Shown in pieces: positions 61,517-64,000 of a DNA stretch of 64,000 bases. Location: contig NZ_JBNGZG010000002.1 of NCBI RefSeq assembly GCF_052049815.1, forward strand, positions 798-64,797, read 5' to 3'. Under the pieces are notes generated by a model. The model had not been told where the DNA came from. It saw nothing but the letters and a program-made list of their open reading frames with translations, and made no database searches. The DNA is from Candidatus Pelagibacter sp. GTDB lineage: Bacteria; Pseudomonadota; Alphaproteobacteria; Pelagibacterales; Pelagibacteraceae. Within the stretch, counting starts at the first letter, position 1. Each line of letters begins with the position of its first letter. Position numbers and translations under genes: made by a program.

Positions 61517-61804
61517 ATGACAATAAACCTTAAAACAATAAAGCATATATCTAAATTATCAAGAATATCTGTAGATGAAGCAAAAGCAGAAAAACTAGCT
61601 GGTGATTTAAATTCTATATTTAAGTTTATCGAAAAATTAAATGAATTAAAGACTGATAATGTTGAACCATTGACATCTGTTGCTGAGACAACTCTTCGAT
61701 TAAGAAGTGATGAAGTTAAAAGTGAAAATATAAAAGAAGAAATAATTAAAAATTCACCAAAAGAGAATAAAGATTTTTTTGTAGTACCTAAGGTAGTTGA
61801 ATAA
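61517..61804 (+). CDS. gatC: Asp-tRNA(Asn)/Glu-tRNA(Gln) amidotransferase subunit C
   Basis: [23 protein letters not shown]. Start placed at ATG 61517. Confidence 0.95.
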   Translation: MTINLKTIKHISKLSRISVDEAKAEKLAGDLNSIFKFIEKLNELKTDNVEPLTSVAETTLRLRSDEVKSENIKEEIIKNSPKENKDFFVVPKVVE

Positions 61805-63261
61805 TGTCTGATTTAACAAAACAAACATTAGTAAAATTATGCAAAAATATTAAAGAAAAAAAAGTTTCTTCAACAGAAGTTACAAAAGCTTTCATAGAAA
61901 GATCTGAAAAATCAAAAACACTTAATGCTTATATAACTACTGATTTTGAAAATGCTTTAACAAAAGCAAAACAATTTGATGAAAACCCAAATCTAGATTT
62001 AAAGCTACCTGGTATCCCAATAGCTGTTAAAGATTTATTTTGTACCAAAAATGTCAAAACAACTGCTGGAAGTAAAATATTACAAAGTTTTAATCCAACA
62101 TATGAATCTACAGTTACAGATAATTTATGGAATGCTGGAGGTATATTATTAGGCAAGTTAAATTGTGATGAATTTGCAATGGGTTCATCAAATGAAACAA
62201 GTTATTACGGCAATGTACAGAATCCAATTGATGAAAATTTAGTGCCTGGAGGTTCTTCGGGTGGTTCGGCTTCTGCTGTAGCTGCACAATTAACTCCCAT
62301 TACTATAGGCACAGATACCGGTGGGTCTATTAGACAACCAGCGTCATTTACAGGAACCGTTGGTCTTAAACCTACTTATGGTAGTTGTTCTCGATATGGA
62401 ATTGTTGCTTTTGCATCATCTCTAGATCAAGCAGGCCCAATGTCTCAAAATGTTGAGGACTGTGCTTTGTTACATGAAGTTATTAGTACCTTTGATAATA
62501 AAGACTCAACCTCCATTAATTTCAAAAGAAATAATTATCTCCAAGAACTTACTAAAAATATCAAAGGAAAAAAAATAGGAATACCAAAAGAATACAGAGT
62601 TGAAGGTATGCCAAAAGAAATAGAGGATTTATGGCAAAAGGGAATTAATCATATTAAAGATTGTGGGGCAGAGGTCGTTGATATTTCTTTACCACATACA
62701 AGTTATGCTTTGCCAACTTATTATATTGTTGCACCTGCAGAAGCCTCATCAAATTTAGCTAGATATGATGGAGTTAAATACGGTTTTAGAGCCGAAGGTA
62801 AAAATTTAATTGATATGTATGAAAAAACTAGATCTGAAGGTTTTGGAGCAGAGGTTCAAAGACGTATTATGATTGGAACATATGTTTTATCTTCAGGGTA
62901 TTATGATGCTTATTATCTTAAAGCTCAAAAGGTAAGAAAATTAATTAAAAATGATTTTGATGAAGCTTATAAAAAGGTAGATGCAATATTAACTCCATCT
63001 ACACCGAGTTCAGCTTTTAAAATTGGTGAGAAAAAAGACGATCCTGTTTCCATGTATCTTAATGACATATTTACTGTACCAGTTAATTTAGCTGGATTAC
63101 CTGGAATATCTATACCAGCTGGGCATGATGCAAAAGGTTATCCATTAGGATTACAAATTATTGGCAAAGCATTTGATGAGCAAAACATATTAAACATAGC
63201 ATATGCAATGGAAGAAAAAATTTGTTTTAAAAACAATATAACTGATTGGTGGATTAAATGA
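61804..63261 (+). CDS. gatA: Amidotransferase subunit A
   Basis: [48 protein letters not shown]. Confidence 0.98.
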   Translation: MSDLTKQTLVKLCKNIKEKKVSSTEVTKAFIERSEKSKTLNAYITTDFENALTKAKQFDENPNLDLKLPGIPIAVKDLFCTKNVKTTAGSKILQSFNPTYESTVTDNLWNAGGILLGKLNCDEFAMGSSNETSYYGNVQNPIDENLVPGGSSGGSASAVAAQLTPITIGTDTGGSIRQPASFTGTVGLKPTYGSCSRYGIVAFASSLDQAGPMSQNVEDCALLHEVISTFDNKDSTSINFKRNNYLQELTKNIKGKKIGIPKEYRVEGMPKEIEDLWQKGINHIKDCGAEVVDISLPHTSYALPTYYIVAPAEASSNLARYDGVKYGFRAEGKNLIDMYEKTRSEGFGAEVQRRIMIGTYVLSSGYYDAYYLKAQKVRKLIKNDFDEAYKKVDAILTPSTPSSAFKIGEKKDDPVSMYLNDIFTVPVNLAGLPGISIPAGHDAKGYPLGLQIIGKAFDEQNILNIAYAMEEKICFKNNITDWWIK

Positions 63262-64000
63262 GTAAAAGCAAAGGTGAATATTTAATCAACAGAAATGATA
63301 ATCAGTATGAAGTTGTAATAGGACTAGAAGTTCATGCACAAGTAACTTCAGAATCAAAACTTTTTTCTACTTCTGCAACAAAATTTGGAGCCGAACCTAA
63401 CACACAAGTAAGTTTAGTTGACGCAGCGTTTCCTGGAATGTTACCGGTGATAAATGAATTCTGTGTAAAACAAGCAATTAAAACTGGTATTGGTTTAAAC
63501 GCAAAAATTAATAAACGTTCAGTGTTCGATAGAAAAAATTATTTCTATGCTGATTTACCTCAAGGATATCAAATCTCTCAATTTAAAGATCCAATTGTGG
63601 GTGAAGGAAAAGTAATTTTAGATTTGCCTGAGGGACAAAAAGAAATTGGAATTGAAAGATTACATCTAGAGCAAGATGCTGGTAAAAGTATACACGATCT
63701 TGATCCTCAAAATACGTTTGTAGATTTAAATAGATCTGGAGTAGCCTTAATGGAGATTGTTAGTAAACCTGATTTAAGATCACCTGATGAAGTCAATGCA
63801 TATATTAAAAAATTAAGATCAATTATGAGATATCTAGGCACTTGTGATGGCAACATGCAAGAAGGATCTTTGAGAGCCGATGTAAATGTTTCAGTTAGAC
63901 CAAAAGGTACAAAAGAATTTGGTACTAGGTGTGAAATTAAAAATGTAAATTCAATTAAATTTATGCAGATGGCTATTGAATATGAAGCAAATAGACAAGT
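63258..64000 (+). CDS. gatB: Amidotransferase subunit B (5' part; runs off window; not in ORF track)
   Basis: ATG 63258 overlaps the gatA stop; [63 protein letters not shown]. Confidence 0.97.
   Translation, partial: MSKSKGEYLINRNDNQYEVVIGLEVHAQVTSESKLFSTSATKFGAEPNTQVSLVDAAFPGMLPVINEFCVKQAIKTGIGLNAKINKRSVFDRKNYFYADLPQGYQISQFKDPIVGEGKVILDLPEGQKEIGIERLHLEQDAGKSIHDLDPQNTFVDLNRSGVALMEIVSKPDLRSPDEVNAYIKKLRSIMRYLGTCDGNMQEGSLRADVNVSVRPKGTKEFGTRCEIKNVNSIKFMQMAIEYEANRQ

Noticed and set aside
13441-61804. Upstream-extended starts in the ORF track for suyB (14655), suyA (14953), ugd (53740), pyrB (60977), ruvX (61523) and gatC (61487)
   Set aside because: The extensions overlap neighbouring genes and lack family-like sequence; downstream ATGs give typical N-termini or translational coupling.
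994-62156. Many short ORFs in the track lying antisense or out of frame within housekeeping genes (for example 21110-21523, 24212-24781, 50711-51118)
   Set aside because: They are shadow ORFs fully overlapping well-supported genes, with no motifs or SD sites.
1-64000. CRISPR arrays, rRNA genes, IS elements, prophage or defence genes
   Set aside because: No regularly spaced direct repeats, rRNA-like sequence or mobile/defence protein motifs were seen.

Overview
A very AT-rich, densely packed chromosomal segment. Gene order, protein sequences and tiny intergenic spacers point to an alphaproteobacterium of the SAR11 / 'Ca. Pelagibacter' type (inference). About 44 kb is core genome: tRNA-Tyr/Gly-tuf-tRNA-Trp-secE-nusG-rplKAJL-rpoBC, the fused str/S10/spc/alpha ribosomal protein cluster (no rpmD, no second tuf), then rluC, lipB, mgtE, panC, galU, ugd, ridA, topA, plsY, pyrC-like, pyrB, ruvX and gatCAB (gatB runs off the end). 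The left part carries mnmA, metC, an MFS transporter, pabBAC and a ~12 kb organosulfur block: HIT, aprMBA, TauE- and SuyZ/YeiH-type exporters, suyAB, xsc and an FAD oxidoreductase. Reading outside the ORF track gave the most notable items. (1) An unannotated 27-aa Lys/Arg micropeptide gene with its own sigma70 promoter and SD, a candidate small ribosomal protein. (2) A 44-aa membrane micropeptide whose promoter is overlapped by a perfect 9-bp inverted repeat. (3) In-frame premature stops in two vitamin-synthesis genes (pabC-like, panC). (4) A sulfonate-to-sulfite-to-APS module with no sat in the window but a HIT nucleotide hydrolase beside aprM. (5) A PyrC lacking its N-terminal metal-binding histidines. 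No CRISPR array, rRNA, integrase or transposase was seen.
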